DNA of 64,000 bases, taken from positions 96,001 through 160,000 of the forward strand of contig CAVVOP010000005.1 in the NCBI GenBank assembly GCA_963749915.1, in the 5' to 3' direction. Below are positions 11,239 to 22,138 of this stretch, piece after piece. The stretch comes from an uncultured cyanobacterium. GTDB lineage: Bacteria; Cyanobacteriota; Cyanobacteriia; Cyanobacteriales; Cyanobacteriaceae. A program made the position numbers and the translations under genes. Below the pieces are notes generated by a model that saw only the letters and a program-made list of their open reading frames with translations, did no database searches and had not been told where the DNA came from. Position 1 is the first letter of the stretch; each line of letters begins with the position of its first letter.

Positions 11239-12747
11239 TTACTTCAATTTAGTTTTCAGCCACAATTTAGCTGTCACTTTGACTACCATCATAGTAATAG
11301 AAATAATCACTATGCTAAGTAGAAAATTAGCTAAATTTATGTTTCTCCCACTTGCAGTTGCCAAAATCGCCTCTAAGAGTAAAGCTGGTAAGACAACACC
11401 ATTAAATATTAATAATATGACGAAAGAGAGTCTTCTCCTCTTCATTATAGTGATAAAAGCTAAAAGGAAACCTAAAGGGATAAAAATACTACTGTAGTAT
11501 AAAAAGTTTAAAATTCGTAAGTTATAAGATTTTACAGGCAATAAATAACTTAAAATTGCTTTTGCTGGTATTAGCTCTAGATAATATGAATTATCGACTC
11601 TATCTACATAGACTTGAACAAGTGAATTAGTATAGGTAATAACTAGATGATGGGGTTTAGTGTCTGCAAAAACACCGGGAACAATTAGTTCAGGCCGCGT
11701 TCCATTGTCTCCAGTCAAGGGAGTTCGCAGGCGAAAGATTAAGTTAGATTCTTCCTGCCCCAAAGTAAAATTCCGCTGGTGAAGGTTGCCTGAAAGTGAA
11801 ATAATTCGGGCAGGGCCAGTCTGTTTAGTGTTAGCGGTGGCAACAGTAGTAATCAGAGTAAATTGGGAGGTTTGATGAACCTTTTCCGTTATAAAACTTG
11901 CTGGTATTTCTGTTGCCAGCCAATGACTAGAACTCAGAAAAGCATTTTCCCTCATTGGAAGATTCGGCTGTTTTCCCTGCCAAGATAAGTTTGGTAAATG
12001 TCCCACTGAATCTTGGTAATTTCCTTTCCCTCTCAACTGATAGAAAGCAACTAAAGAGTCTTTGCTCTCTGCAATGGGAATTTGACCTGAAAGAACTTGT
12101 GCTACTTCTGCCTTTGGTATAGCCTGATCAGCAAGATAAACTTCAGAAATATATCCCTCCCAGGGACGGTCTTCTGTTCTTTCATTACCCAGTATTAAAG
12201 GAAAATTTGCATCCCAATTATTAAGATTCGTTGTCTTTGGCACAGGGATCGAAAGGAGAAAGGTTAAAGTGACATAGCCGACAAAGCAAATGGTTAATCC
12301 CCTAGGAGAAATAAATCTCCTCAAATTTGAGAGGTAAAAACCAAGAAAACCCAAGAAACCCCCCAGACTATTGGCCAGAATATCGCTGATAGTAGAAGAC
12401 CTTAAAGGGAGAAATATCTGTAGGGATTCAACTGTAAATGATAAGCTACAACTAGCCAACAGCAATATTATTAGCGTTCCTATCCATTTCAGTTTTCCTT
12501 GAGACAGTAGATAGGTCAAGCTGAAGCCAAAAGGAATAAACAAAATGATATTGAGAAGAAAGTCGCTGAAATTACTTGGATGATAGAAATAGAGGGTAAT
12601 ATTCCTAAAAGCAAAACCTTCTGGGTGAGTAAAATTAAACGGAAACAGTGTCATCAATAGCACCAGCAAAAGGCTGCAAGTCACTAGGCCGACAGCTATC
12701 CACCTTTTTTTCAGATTACCCAATTTAAAAATAGAGTGCTTACACAT
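11239..12747 (-). CDS. VanZ-family membrane protein fused to a LamG/concanavalin-A-like domain
   Basis: N-terminal NIILFIPFG..VESLQ..R.S..DILANSLG (VanZ); central GPARIISLS/RNFTLGQ/FRLRT (LamG-like); C-terminal TM helices. Confidence 0.75.
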   Translation of the reverse strand: MCKHSIFKLGNLKKRWIAVGLVTCSLLLVLLMTLFPFNFTHPEGFAFRNITLYFYHPSNFSDFLLNIILFIPFGFSLTYLLSQGKLKWIGTLIILLLASCSLSFTVESLQIFLPLRSSTISDILANSLGGFLGFLGFYLSNLRRFISPRGLTICFVGYVTLTFLLSIPVPKTTNLNNWDANFPLILGNERTEDRPWEGYISEVYLADQAIPKAEVAQVLSGQIPIAESKDSLVAFYQLRGKGNYQDSVGHLPNLSWQGKQPNLPMRENAFLSSSHWLATEIPASFITEKVHQTSQFTLITTVATANTKQTGPARIISLSGNLHQRNFTLGQEESNLIFRLRTPLTGDNGTRPELIVPGVFADTKPHHLVITYTNSLVQVYVDRVDNSYYLELIPAKAILSYLLPVKSYNLRILNFLYYSSIFIPLGFLLAFITIMKRRRLSFVILLIFNGVVLPALLLEAILATASGRNINLANFLLSIVIISITMMVVKVTAKLWLKTKLK

Positions 12748-12954
12748 ATAAAAATTACTTTAAGTGATATTTCTTATTAATGATGAAATATGTATCAATG
12801 TATACTTAACTCTATTTACTTTATTATTATTATTGTATTTCTTAAAGATTCTATAAAGTATAAAAAAGTATAAAGGTTCGATAAAGTACTTGATTTTAAA
12901 AAAAAACGAGTTACACTCGGGTGTAGATTCGGTGCAGAAAAAAAGGGGTAGTTT

Positions 12955-13821
12955 ATGAAAGTTGGAATTCTTGCAGGGGGTCTTGGCACTCGCCTTTCAG
13001 AAGAAACAGTTGAAAAACCGAAGCCGATGGTAGAAATCGGCGGTAGGCCCATTCTTTGGCATATAATGATGCATTATCATTACTATGGCTTCAAGGATTT
13101 TGCCATCGCTCTTGGCTATAAGGCCGAAGTAATCAAAAGATATATGGTGGACTATTGTTCCCTCAACAGCAACCTCGCCGTCAACTTGCGTAACGGTGAA
13201 GTGAAAATGTATGGAGGCTACAAGCCAGACTGGAACGTTGATTTGATCGATACTGGACTGTATACCAATACGGGGGGCCGTATCAAGCAGTTGATACCTT
13301 ATATGGGCAGTGAAACCTTCATGTTGACTTGGGGTGATGGTGTTTCCAATTTGGATTTACACGATTTATTGGCGTTCCATCGCTCTCATGGAAAATTAGC
13401 TACCCTAACGGCAGTGCGTCCGCCAGCACGTTTCGGTCACTTAGAACTAGATGGTGATCAGATTACCGAGTTCTCCGAAAAGCCCCAAACCCGTGAAGGT
13501 TGGATTAATGGGGCCTTCTTCGTATTGGAACCAGGCGTGTATGATTACATTACAGGCGACGATACCCAATGGGAAAAAGAGCCCCTAGAGCGATTAGCCA
13601 AAGATGGTCAATTAATGGCTTATAAGTATGATGGATTCTGGCAATGTATGGACACCTTGCGCGATAAGCAGAGGTTAGAACGCCTTTGGCAGAGCGGCAA
13701 TGCACCTTGGAAAATTTGGAATGAAGAAAGAGAAAATGAAGAAAATGAAAGTATTAGTAACGGGTCACAAGGGTTACATCGGGACGATTCTAGTACCTAT
13801 GCTGGTAGCCAAAGGATATGA
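12955..13821 (+). CDS. rfbF: Glucose-1-phosphate cytidylyltransferase
   Basis: [45 protein letters not shown] and APWK motifs. Confidence 0.93.
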   Translation: MKVGILAGGLGTRLSEETVEKPKPMVEIGGRPILWHIMMHYHYYGFKDFAIALGYKAEVIKRYMVDYCSLNSNLAVNLRNGEVKMYGGYKPDWNVDLIDTGLYTNTGGRIKQLIPYMGSETFMLTWGDGVSNLDLHDLLAFHRSHGKLATLTAVRPPARFGHLELDGDQITEFSEKPQTREGWINGAFFVLEPGVYDYITGDDTQWEKEPLERLAKDGQLMAYKYDGFWQCMDTLRDKQRLERLWQSGNAPWKIWNEERENEENESISNGSQGLHRDDSSTYAGSQRI

Positions 13822-14806
13822 AGTTGTAGGAGTAGATAGCGATCTGTACGCAGGCAGTACTTTTGGCAACGGGATTCTAGAGATACCAGAATGGAAACAG
13901 GATATCCGTGATGTGGAAGCCTCTGCGTTAGAAGGATTTGATGCAGTACTGCACCTAGCGGGACTATCCAACGATCCCCTTGGGAACCTCAATCCTAATT
14001 TAACTTATGAGATAAATCACCTAGCCTCTGTGCGCCTAGCCAATTTAGCCAAAGAAGTAGGAATCGAGCGCTTTATCTTCTCCTCTTCCTGTAGTAATTA
14101 TGGTGCAGGTGGGGAAGATTTGCTCACTGAGCAATCCCCCTTTAATCCCGTCACGCCCTACGGAATTTCCAAAGTTCGGGTAGAACAAGATGTGGCTCAA
14201 CTAGCGGATGACAATTTCAGTCCGACCTTTTTGCGCAATGCCACGGCTTACGGGGTATCTCCCCGACTGCGCTTTGATCTAGTTCTTAATAACTTAGTTG
14301 CCTGGGCTTTTACTACGGGACGGATTTATATCAAAAGTGACGGCACTCCTTGGCGACCCATTGTCCACATTGAGGATATCTCCCGTGCCTTTATCGCCGT
14401 GCTAGAAGCACCTCGAGAATTAGTACACAATCAGGCATTCAATGTGGGACGCAATCAAGACAACTATCAAATTCGAGAGATAGCTGAAATTGTCAAAGAG
14501 ACAGTTCCTGGTTGCGAGATTGAGTATGCCAAGGATGGCGGACCAGATAAGCGTTGCTATCGTGTTGATTGCAACAGGATTGCTCAAACCCTGCCTGAAT
14601 TTCAACCCCAATGGAACGCTTGTAAAGGGGCACAGGAACTATATGAAGCCTATCAAAAAATAGGGTTGACTCTCGAAGAGTTTGAGGGTTCTAAATACCA
14701 GAGAATTGCTCACATCCGACACTTACTGAGTGATGGGTTGCTGGATCAAACTCTTCGCTGGCAAAAACCTAAAGCCCCAATCAAGAAACAAATTGTATTT
14801 TCTTAG
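13745..14806 (+). CDS. NAD-dependent epimerase/dehydratase (extended SDR)
   Basis: [21 protein letters not shown] (YxxxK) and RNATAYG motifs; ATG at 13745 gives MKVLVTG. Confidence 0.88.
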   Translation: MKVLVTGHKGYIGTILVPMLVAKGYEVVGVDSDLYAGSTFGNGILEIPEWKQDIRDVEASALEGFDAVLHLAGLSNDPLGNLNPNLTYEINHLASVRLANLAKEVGIERFIFSSSCSNYGAGGEDLLTEQSPFNPVTPYGISKVRVEQDVAQLADDNFSPTFLRNATAYGVSPRLRFDLVLNNLVAWAFTTGRIYIKSDGTPWRPIVHIEDISRAFIAVLEAPRELVHNQAFNVGRNQDNYQIREIAEIVKETVPGCEIEYAKDGGPDKRCYRVDCNRIAQTLPEFQPQWNACKGAQELYEAYQKIGLTLEEFEGSKYQRIAHIRHLLSDGLLDQTLRWQKPKAPIKKQIVFS

Positions 14807-14896
14807 CCGAACAGTATTGATCTGCGACCGGATTTTAGATGCGATTCTGGACGCTCCTATGTAAATTATTTTAAATTATCTCTTTGACGTAGTAAA

Positions 14897-16126
14897 ATGC
14901 ACGATCCCAAGATAACTTGCCGCTCTTGCGGCAATCCTAACCTAGACTTGATCATCGATTTCGGCTATACTCCTCTGGCAGATGGACTCTTAACCAGAAA
15001 CCAGCTAGATCAACCAGAATATACTGCTCCCCTGGACTTGGCGTTTTGTCCTAATTGCAGTCTAGTCCAGATTACCGAAACTGTCCCCCCAGAAATTCTC
15101 TTTTGTCGAGACTATCCATATTTTTCTTCAGTTTCTCCATCTCTGCTTAATCATTTTGGCGACAGTGCTAAAGCCATTATCAAGTCCAGACAACTCAATC
15201 GTAATAGTTTGGTTATTGAAGCTGCCAGTAATGATGGCTATATGCTGAAGAACTTTGTCGAGAAAGAGATTCCCGTCTTGGGAATTGATCCAGCCTCTGG
15301 TCCAGCTGAAGCAGCTCAGAAAGCGGGGATTCCTACTCTGTGTACTTTCTTCACCCAAGATTTAGCCCAGCAGCTACAAAATGAAGGCAAAAAAGCAGAT
15401 GTTTTTCTGGCTAATAATGTCTTAGCTCACGTACCCGACCTCAATGGCTTTGTCGCTGGAATTGGCACTCTCTTAAAAAATAGTGGGGTAGCGGTAATCG
15501 AGGCTCCTTATGTGGTTGATTTGGTTGACCACTGCGAATTTGACACCATTTATCACCAGCACTTGTGCTATTTCTCAGTCACTGCTTTGGATAAGTTGTT
15601 TAGGAGACATTCATTGTATCTTAACCAGATTGAGCGCACTAGCATTCATGGTGGTTCCTTACGCCTATTTGTCGAGCCCAATGAATCCGTCCAGGATTCA
15701 GTCAAATCTTTACTAGCAGAAGAGGCAAAACAGAAAGTTGATCGTCTAGATTACTATCGGGAGTTTAGTGATCGGGTGTTAGAGATAAAGCACTCTTTAC
15801 TGGATATTCTGTGGGATTTGAAAAAACAGGGCAAACGAGTAGTCGGTTATGGGGCGGCTGCTAAAGCAACCACTATGTTGAGTTATCTCGGAATTAACAA
15901 AACTCTACTCGATTATGTCGTAGATTTAAACCAATTTAAACATGGTCGTTATATGGGCATCAATCACTTCCCCATTTTTCCTCCCAGCAAACTATTAGAA
16001 GACAAACCTGATTATGTCTTGATTTTGGCCTGGAATTTTGCAGAAGAAATTATCCGACAACAAGCAGCTTATCAAAAACAAGGTGGTCGATTTATCGTAC
16101 CCATACCTTTTCCTTATATTGCTTAG
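14897..16126 (+). CDS. NDP-sugar C-methyltransferase (Zn-binding N-terminal, SAM and C-terminal domains)
   Basis: CRSC..CPNC zinc motif; [35 protein letters not shown] and LAWNFAEEI motifs. Confidence 0.9.
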   Translation: MHDPKITCRSCGNPNLDLIIDFGYTPLADGLLTRNQLDQPEYTAPLDLAFCPNCSLVQITETVPPEILFCRDYPYFSSVSPSLLNHFGDSAKAIIKSRQLNRNSLVIEAASNDGYMLKNFVEKEIPVLGIDPASGPAEAAQKAGIPTLCTFFTQDLAQQLQNEGKKADVFLANNVLAHVPDLNGFVAGIGTLLKNSGVAVIEAPYVVDLVDHCEFDTIYHQHLCYFSVTALDKLFRRHSLYLNQIERTSIHGGSLRLFVEPNESVQDSVKSLLAEEAKQKVDRLDYYREFSDRVLEIKHSLLDILWDLKKQGKRVVGYGAAAKATTMLSYLGINKTLLDYVVDLNQFKHGRYMGINHFPIFPPSKLLEDKPDYVLILAWNFAEEIIRQQAAYQKQGGRFIVPIPFPYIA

Positions 16127-16210
16127 AGAGAGAGTGTGACAATCTAGCAATTTGAATTTGTTTTTACTACAAGATGCCAAACCAAATTAGTCAAATATTT
16201 AATAAAAAAA

Positions 16211-17437
16211 ATGATTGAATCCCAATTATCCCTCGATAGTAAACCACAGATCGGTGATTTTATCGAAGATTGTCCATGTCCTAACTGTGGCAATCATGGA
16301 CTGTCTATCTTTTATGAAGTTAGAAATGTTCCTGTCCACAGTTGTTTAATGATGCCCAGTCGAGAGGAAGCTCTTGATTTTCCTTGCGGAGATGTCGTAC
16401 TTGGTTTTTGTAATAGTTGTGGTTTTATTACTAATGTCGAGTTTGATTCTCGTTGGTCGGCTTATGCCCCTAATTATGAAGACCAACAAAGTTTTTCGCC
16501 TACTTTTAATAAATTTGCTCTAAATTTAGCCCATAAATTAATCGACAAATACGACTTACACGAAAAGAATATTTTAGAAATTGGCTGTAGTAAAGGGGAT
16601 TTCTTACTATTGCTTTGTGAATTAGGGAATAACTCTGGAGTAGGCATCGATCCCAGTGTTGTTCCCGGAAGAGTTAAAAGTGAAGCTGCCAGTCGGGTTA
16701 AGTTTATTCAAGATTATTATGGCGAACAGCATGCAGAATATGTTGGTGATTTCATTTGTTGTCGTCATACTTTAGAACACATACAACCCGTAGCAGAGTT
16801 TATCTCTACAGTCCGCAAATCGATGGGAGATCGCCAAGTTCCGTTTTTCTTAGAGATTCCTGATAATACTAGGGTTCTTAAAGATTTAGCTTTTGAAGAT
16901 ATTTATTACGAACACTGTTCCTATTTTTCTCCTGGGACATTAGCTCGATTATTCCGCGCTTGTGGGTTTGAGGTAACCGATGTCTATCGCGATTATGGCG
17001 ATCAATATTTGTTTATTGAAGCTTTACCAATTGAAATTCCTTCCAGGAAAATTCACCCCTTTGAAGAAACTGTCGCCGAAGTCGCTCAGGATGTTAAGCA
17101 TTTTGCCAGTAGAATTCAAGATAAGTTGGACCATTGGAAGCAATATTTAGAAACGGCTCAAGCACAGGGAGAAAAAGTGGTAGTTTGGGGATCTGGCTCG
17201 AAATGCGTGGCTTTTTTAACCACCTTAGATACTGTTGATAAAATTCAATATGTAGTCGATATTAATCCCCACCGTCACGGTAAGTTTATTCCCGGTGTAG
17301 GTAAACAAATCATGTCCCCAGAATTTCTCAAAGAATACCAGCCTGATTGCTTAATTGTAATGAATCCTATCTACTGTGAAGAGATCAAAAAAATGCTCAA
17401 AAACATGAATTTATCTCCAGAGGTTATAAGTCTTTAG
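16211..17437 (+). CDS. Second NDP-sugar C-methyltransferase-family protein
   Basis: CPNC..CNSC, LEIGCSKG, RHTLEH, IYYEHCSYF, WGSGSK and VDINP motifs. Confidence 0.85.
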   Translation: MIESQLSLDSKPQIGDFIEDCPCPNCGNHGLSIFYEVRNVPVHSCLMMPSREEALDFPCGDVVLGFCNSCGFITNVEFDSRWSAYAPNYEDQQSFSPTFNKFALNLAHKLIDKYDLHEKNILEIGCSKGDFLLLLCELGNNSGVGIDPSVVPGRVKSEAASRVKFIQDYYGEQHAEYVGDFICCRHTLEHIQPVAEFISTVRKSMGDRQVPFFLEIPDNTRVLKDLAFEDIYYEHCSYFSPGTLARLFRACGFEVTDVYRDYGDQYLFIEALPIEIPSRKIHPFEETVAEVAQDVKHFASRIQDKLDHWKQYLETAQAQGEKVVVWGSGSKCVAFLTTLDTVDKIQYVVDINPHRHGKFIPGVGKQIMSPEFLKEYQPDCLIVMNPIYCEEIKKMLKNMNLSPEVISL

Positions 17438-17549
17438 AGAGCCATGGAACAGCAATTCTCATTTTGAAGAAGAAAAGAGAAGATTCTCTTGTGTTCCTAT
17501 CTTGTGTTTCTTGCATGGGTTTTTGAAAAGCTGAAAAACTTGATCAAAT

Positions 17550-17665
17550 GAGGAGTGTGGGGAGTGTGGGAAGTATTGGATTTTTCTTCCCTCTCCTCCC
17601 CCTCTTCCCCCTCTTCCCCCTCTTGCCTATCCTTGTCACCACACATAATTATTCAAATCCCTCGC
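17550..17665. repeat. GACAAG/CTTCCCC-rich dispersed repeat, copy B, at the right edge of the island
   Basis: GGAGTGTGGG tandem, CCTCTTCCC tandem, and CCTTGTCACCACACATAATT resembling the reverse complement of copy A. Confidence 0.5.
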
Positions 17666-17725
17666 ACTATTGGGTTGGGTGTTAGGTTAGAGATTTTTAG
17701 CTATTTTTAAAAGTTGAGACAAGAA

Positions 17726-18877
17726 TTAAGGGGACTTTTCCCGGTGAATTAATTTTCCCCTTTCAACTTGAATTATTTGTGCTTCTTTTAATAATTTGTG
17801 ATCAAAATAACGCAAATGAGTCGTGGTGATCAAGGTTTGAAAACGATTACCCAATGAATCTAATAATTGTTGTTGTCGCTGTAAATCTAACTCTGCCATG
17901 ACATCATCTAATAATAACAAAGGGGGCTCACCAATGACTTGCTCAATTAACTGTAACTCTCCTAACTTTAATGATAGAACTAACGTTCGTTGTTGTCCTT
18001 GAGATCCGTAATTTCTAGCCGTTGCCTGATTAATGATAAAATCAATCTCATCTCGATGGGGTCCCACTAATGTAGTTCCCATATTGATTTCAGCATTGCG
18101 TTTTTGTTCTATCTGTTCTTTGATTGTTATATGTATTTTTTCTACTTCGTCATTTTCATATTCCACATTGGGAAGATAAATAATTTCTAATTTTTCACTT
18201 TTATTACTAATTTGGTTATGCCAAAATCTAGCAAAAGGTTCTAATTTATTTAAAACTCGCCTTCTTCTCCTCATTATTCTACAAGCAGTTTCTACTAATT
18301 TATTATCCCATAAAGTTAATTCTAATTGTGAGGATTTTGCCAGATCTAAATAGTTACTTATTCCTTGTTTTTTAAAGATTTTTAATAAAGCATTTCTTTG
18401 TTTTAAAACTTGATTATATTGTTTGATAAGATAAGCATAAACTGGTTCTAGTTGTACTAAAAGATTATCAACCCAATTCCTTCTGTATTCTGGAGATCCC
18501 CTTACTAAATCTATATCTAAACTTGAGAATAAAACGGTGTTAACTATTCCTAAAAAATCTAAATTGCGGGAGAGTTTTTCATAGTTAACTTTTAATTCCC
18601 TTTTTCCCTTAAGCGGTAAAATAATTTCTAAACCATAATCAGTGAAACTACGACTAATATCAGCCTTTATTTGGGCATAAAGTCTTTGTTTATATACTAA
18701 ATCTTGGTCTCTACTGGTACGATGACTTTTTAAAGTTGATAAGAACCCAATAGCTTCCAATAAATTAGATTTACCCTGAGCATTATTACCTAATATAATT
18801 ATTTTATTACTATAAAAATCGACTTCTTCTTGAATATAATTGCGAAAATAACTGAGCTGTATCTTATTTAAAAACAT
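17726..18877 (-). CDS. recF: DNA replication/repair protein RecF
   Basis: GNNAQGKSNLLEA, GPHRD, GSQGQQR and LLLDDVMAELD motifs. Confidence 0.97.
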   Translation of the reverse strand: MFLNKIQLSYFRNYIQEEVDFYSNKIIILGNNAQGKSNLLEAIGFLSTLKSHRTSRDQDLVYKQRLYAQIKADISRSFTDYGLEIILPLKGKRELKVNYEKLSRNLDFLGIVNTVLFSSLDIDLVRGSPEYRRNWVDNLLVQLEPVYAYLIKQYNQVLKQRNALLKIFKKQGISNYLDLAKSSQLELTLWDNKLVETACRIMRRRRRVLNKLEPFARFWHNQISNKSEKLEIIYLPNVEYENDEVEKIHITIKEQIEQKRNAEINMGTTLVGPHRDEIDFIINQATARNYGSQGQQRTLVLSLKLGELQLIEQVIGEPPLLLLDDVMAELDLQRQQQLLDSLGNRFQTLITTTHLRYFDHKLLKEAQIIQVERGKLIHREKSP

Positions 18878-19135
18878 GGAAAAATAATTGAAATTGATGA
18901 TCAGTTAAAATGTAAGGAAAGACAGATATACGCTTAAAGAATGACTATTCTCTATTCTTTCTCTAGGGTAGCAAAAGGGTAACGGAAAATAAGCAATAGT
19001 CAACAATAGCAAGACTTTGGGAAGTTTTTGTTGTCAATTCATTTATTACAAATTATTTAGCTATACTATACTTTATAATTAGCTTCAAAATATGATATAA
19101 AGCTCTTAACAACGCTAAGTTTTCTCTATTCTTTT

Positions 19136-20053
19136 ATGAACAAAAAAAATAATTTACTATCAATAGCTTTGTGTTTAGTGACTATTATAACAGTTTGCCT
19201 GAGCTATATTCCTCCAGCTAATGCTTATAGCAAAGATGATATTTCACAATTAATTAAACAGAATAAATGTATTAAATGTGATTTATCTAACTATCATTTT
19301 GCCAAAAATAAGTTTAATTTAGAAAAGGCTAATTTGTCTAAATCGAACCTTTATAAAACTAACTTTAAAAATCAAGATTTGAGTAAAACTAATTTTTCTG
19401 ATACAGATTTAAGTTTTAGTGATTTAGAAAATATTAGGGGGATTAAGGGTGAATTTAAACGAGCAAATTTAACCCATGCTAATCTTAAAAATAGTAACTT
19501 TAGTCGAGCAGATTTTTATAAGGCTACCCTTAACCATGCCAATTTTAGTCATAGTATCTTAGAAAAAACTAATTTTGAGAAAGCCGATTTATCCGACAGT
19601 AACCTTATTCAAGCTACCTTAACCGGTGCAAATTTTACTAAGGCTAATCTCTCAAAAGCTGATTTAGATTTAGCAGATTTGAGTAGTAAAAGCAAAAAAC
19701 GTCTTACTAATTTCTCCAACGCTAATTTAACTCAAACACAATTAATTAATGCTAAATTATATAGAGTGAATTTTAGTAATGCTAATCTTTATCAGGTGGA
19801 CTTTGACGGTAGTGATTTAACCGAATCAAATTTAGAAAAAGCCAATTTGGCCGAGGCAAATTTAAGTCATGTTAACTTAAGTAATGCTGATTTACGTAGT
19901 GCTAATTTAATTAATTCTTCTCTAGTTTATGCTAATTTAACTAATGCTAATCTTAGAAAAGCAAATCTTGAAAAAGCAAATTTAACAGGGGCGAATTTAA
20001 CTAATTCTAAGTTAAAAGGTGCCATCATGCCTGATGGGTCGATTCACAATTAA
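19136..20053 (+). CDS. Secreted or lumenal pentapeptide-repeat protein
   Basis: Signal peptide ending PANA; C..CDLS; extensive A(N/D)L(S/T)x repeats; GAIMPDG end. Confidence 0.92.
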   Translation: MNKKNNLLSIALCLVTIITVCLSYIPPANAYSKDDISQLIKQNKCIKCDLSNYHFAKNKFNLEKANLSKSNLYKTNFKNQDLSKTNFSDTDLSFSDLENIRGIKGEFKRANLTHANLKNSNFSRADFYKATLNHANFSHSILEKTNFEKADLSDSNLIQATLTGANFTKANLSKADLDLADLSSKSKKRLTNFSNANLTQTQLINAKLYRVNFSNANLYQVDFDGSDLTESNLEKANLAEANLSHVNLSNADLRSANLINSSLVYANLTNANLRKANLEKANLTGANLTNSKLKGAIMPDGSIHN

Positions 20054-20068
20054 CGATAAATAATTACC

Positions 20069-20097
20069 GTAGGGGCTTAATAATATTAAGCTCTTAC
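20069..20097. repeat. GTAG-type REP palindrome
   Basis: GTAGGGGCTTAATAATATTAAGCTCTTAC between convergent genes. Confidence 0.6.
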
Positions 20098-20194
20098 CCA
20101 TTGGCAATTAATAAATCTTTGGCTCTAATAAAATTCGAATTAATTAATTGATATAAAATAAATAAACCTTAACCCCTTAAAAAAAATCAGCATT

Positions 20195-20824
20195 CTAGCG
20201 AACAAAATTACTTGCTAACCATAAAAAACAAAAAGTAAATAAAGTGGCAAATTGCTCCGACGTTAAACTAATATTTAAACCTGCACTTATGAGTACATTA
20301 AATAAAATATTCGCTATACAAATTCCTATAATAAAAGCAATAAAAGTAATGGAAACCGATCGCCAAAACCTTTTTTGTTTACGATATAAAACATAAAAAC
20401 TTGTGCCAACCCCAACGGTTAATAAAAGTGGTAATATTTCGCTATTGGTATTAAAACTACTAATGGTAATTAATACAAAAAAAACAACTCCACTAAAGGA
20501 AATCTCCTTAGGAGAGGGTTGATCTAACAAATCTCTCAACCATAAAGAAACTTTTTGAGAAGTAGGATTTTTCGCTATCAGTGATGGTTTTTTTATTTCT
20601 ACCGTCTTCTCGGGAAACCTAATTTGTTCGGGAACTTTTATTTTTCCTTCTTGTCGAAGTTTCAATCGTTGCATAATTATTGCATCATAAGCAATTTCAA
20701 TACTTTCGATAATAGGGGGATCATTTTGATATTTTTCCTTGAGATTTTGTTTTGCGGTTTGTATCTCTTCAAAAGAAGCATTTTCAGTTACTCCCAATTG
20801 TTCATAAGGATTTAACTCAGTCAT
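20195..20824 (-). CDS. CPP1-like (DUF3353) J-like membrane protein
   Basis: NPYEQLGVTENASFEEIQ..AYDAIIMQRLKLRQEGKIKVPEQIRFPE plus C-terminal TM helices. Confidence 0.85.
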   Translation of the reverse strand: MTELNPYEQLGVTENASFEEIQTAKQNLKEKYQNDPPIIESIEIAYDAIIMQRLKLRQEGKIKVPEQIRFPEKTVEIKKPSLIAKNPTSQKVSLWLRDLLDQPSPKEISFSGVVFFVLITISSFNTNSEILPLLLTVGVGTSFYVLYRKQKRFWRSVSITFIAFIIGICIANILFNVLISAGLNISLTSEQFATLFTFCFLWLASNFVR

Positions 20825-21074
20825 TTTTGCCTTATTCCTCCGATTCTCAATAATTCTTAATAACCTTAACTTCACTAGATTTGATCAGTTTGCACCAACT
20901 AACAAATATTATATTAAACTCAGACGATTAATTTTGATGATTAGTTTTCAGGATCACGGGGAATAGTTTAATATATAAGAGATTTTCAATTTGATATATT
21001 TTTAGCACACGGTTAAAATTCATATACTAAATTGGATCTTGAAATTTCAGTGCCTATCTTCACCAGTAACTAAC

Positions 21075-21773
21075 ATGGAAGTCCCTTTAGCTAAAGTATT
21101 AATCGTTGATGATGACGTTCATATAGCCAATTTAATCACTCGTTTTCTTAAACGAAAAAATTATCAGGTGAAATCTGCTTCTGATGGTAGAACTGCCAAG
21201 GAAATCTTTCAGCTTTTTAGACCTGATTTAGTTATTCTTGATATAAATTTACCCGATACCCTCGGTTATAATCTCTGTGAAGAAATGCAGAACAATAATG
21301 ACGTATTTATTCTCATGCTTACCAGTCGTGACGATGTAGAGGATAAGAAAAAAGGCTTTTTAACAGGTGCTGATGATTATTTAACCAAACCTTTTGACCT
21401 GGAAGAATTAGAATTTCGACTACAAGCCATTTTGCGACGCAGACGGGTCATTAACTCTGAGGATCTTACCATTGTTCAATTAGATAATTTAATCATCAAC
21501 CCCGAAACCAGAGAAGTTAAATTACAGGATGAAATTATTACCTTTACGAGTTTGGAATTTGATCTCCTCTATTTTCTCGCCAGTAATCCGGATAAAGTTT
21601 GGAGGAGGGAAGACCTAGTAACTAATGTATGGCAAAATAACCCTATGGGAGATAATCGAGTGGTAGATGTTCATATTGGGCAAATTCGCAGGAAAATAGA
21701 ACTAGATCTCAATAATCCCCAATATATAGTTACTGTTAGGGGCGTTGGTTATAAATTTGAGACCCAAAAATAG
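21075..21773 (+). CDS. OmpR-family response regulator
   Basis: Receiver domain VDDD..ILDINLP..GADDYLTKPF; winged helix VVDVHIGQIRRK..TVRGVGYKF. Confidence 0.93.
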   Translation: MEVPLAKVLIVDDDVHIANLITRFLKRKNYQVKSASDGRTAKEIFQLFRPDLVILDINLPDTLGYNLCEEMQNNNDVFILMLTSRDDVEDKKKGFLTGADDYLTKPFDLEELEFRLQAILRRRRVINSEDLTIVQLDNLIINPETREVKLQDEIITFTSLEFDLLYFLASNPDKVWRREDLVTNVWQNNPMGDNRVVDVHIGQIRRKIELDLNNPQYIVTVRGVGYKFETQK

Positions 21774-21847
21774 ATGATTTTTTTTCAATTTACCCAAAAA
21801 GATATGATATAATCGTACATTGCAGTATTTAAACTTTTACCCAAAAA

Positions 21848-22117
21848 ATGAGCTTAACTTTAGAAAAAAAACAAGAAATTATTGATCAATATCAAGTACA
21901 CGAAACCGACACAGGATCGTCTTCTTTGCAAGTGGCATTGCTTACTGCCAGAATTACTCAACTTACCGAACACCTAAAAGTTAATAAAAAAGATCATTCT
22001 TCCCGTCGTGGACTTTTAAAAATTATAGGTCAACGTAAACGTTTATTAAGTTACATTAAAAAGAAAAATATCCAAAGTTATCAAGACCTAATTAAAAAGT
22101 TAGGTATCCGTGGTTAA
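21848..22117 (+). CDS. rpsO: 30S ribosomal protein S15
   Basis: [21 protein letters not shown]. Confidence 0.98.
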   Translation: MSLTLEKKQEIIDQYQVHETDTGSSSLQVALLTARITQLTEHLKVNKKDHSSRRGLLKIIGQRKRLLSYIKKKNIQSYQDLIKKLGIRG

Positions 22118-22138
22118 CAACCCTATTCAGAAATAATC

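Noticed and set aside
12866..12880. LexA-like box (AGTATAAAGGTTCG) upstream of rfbF, with similar ones near 46470 and 51438
   Set aside because: Each mismatches the cyanobacterial consensus; not supportable without a PWM scan
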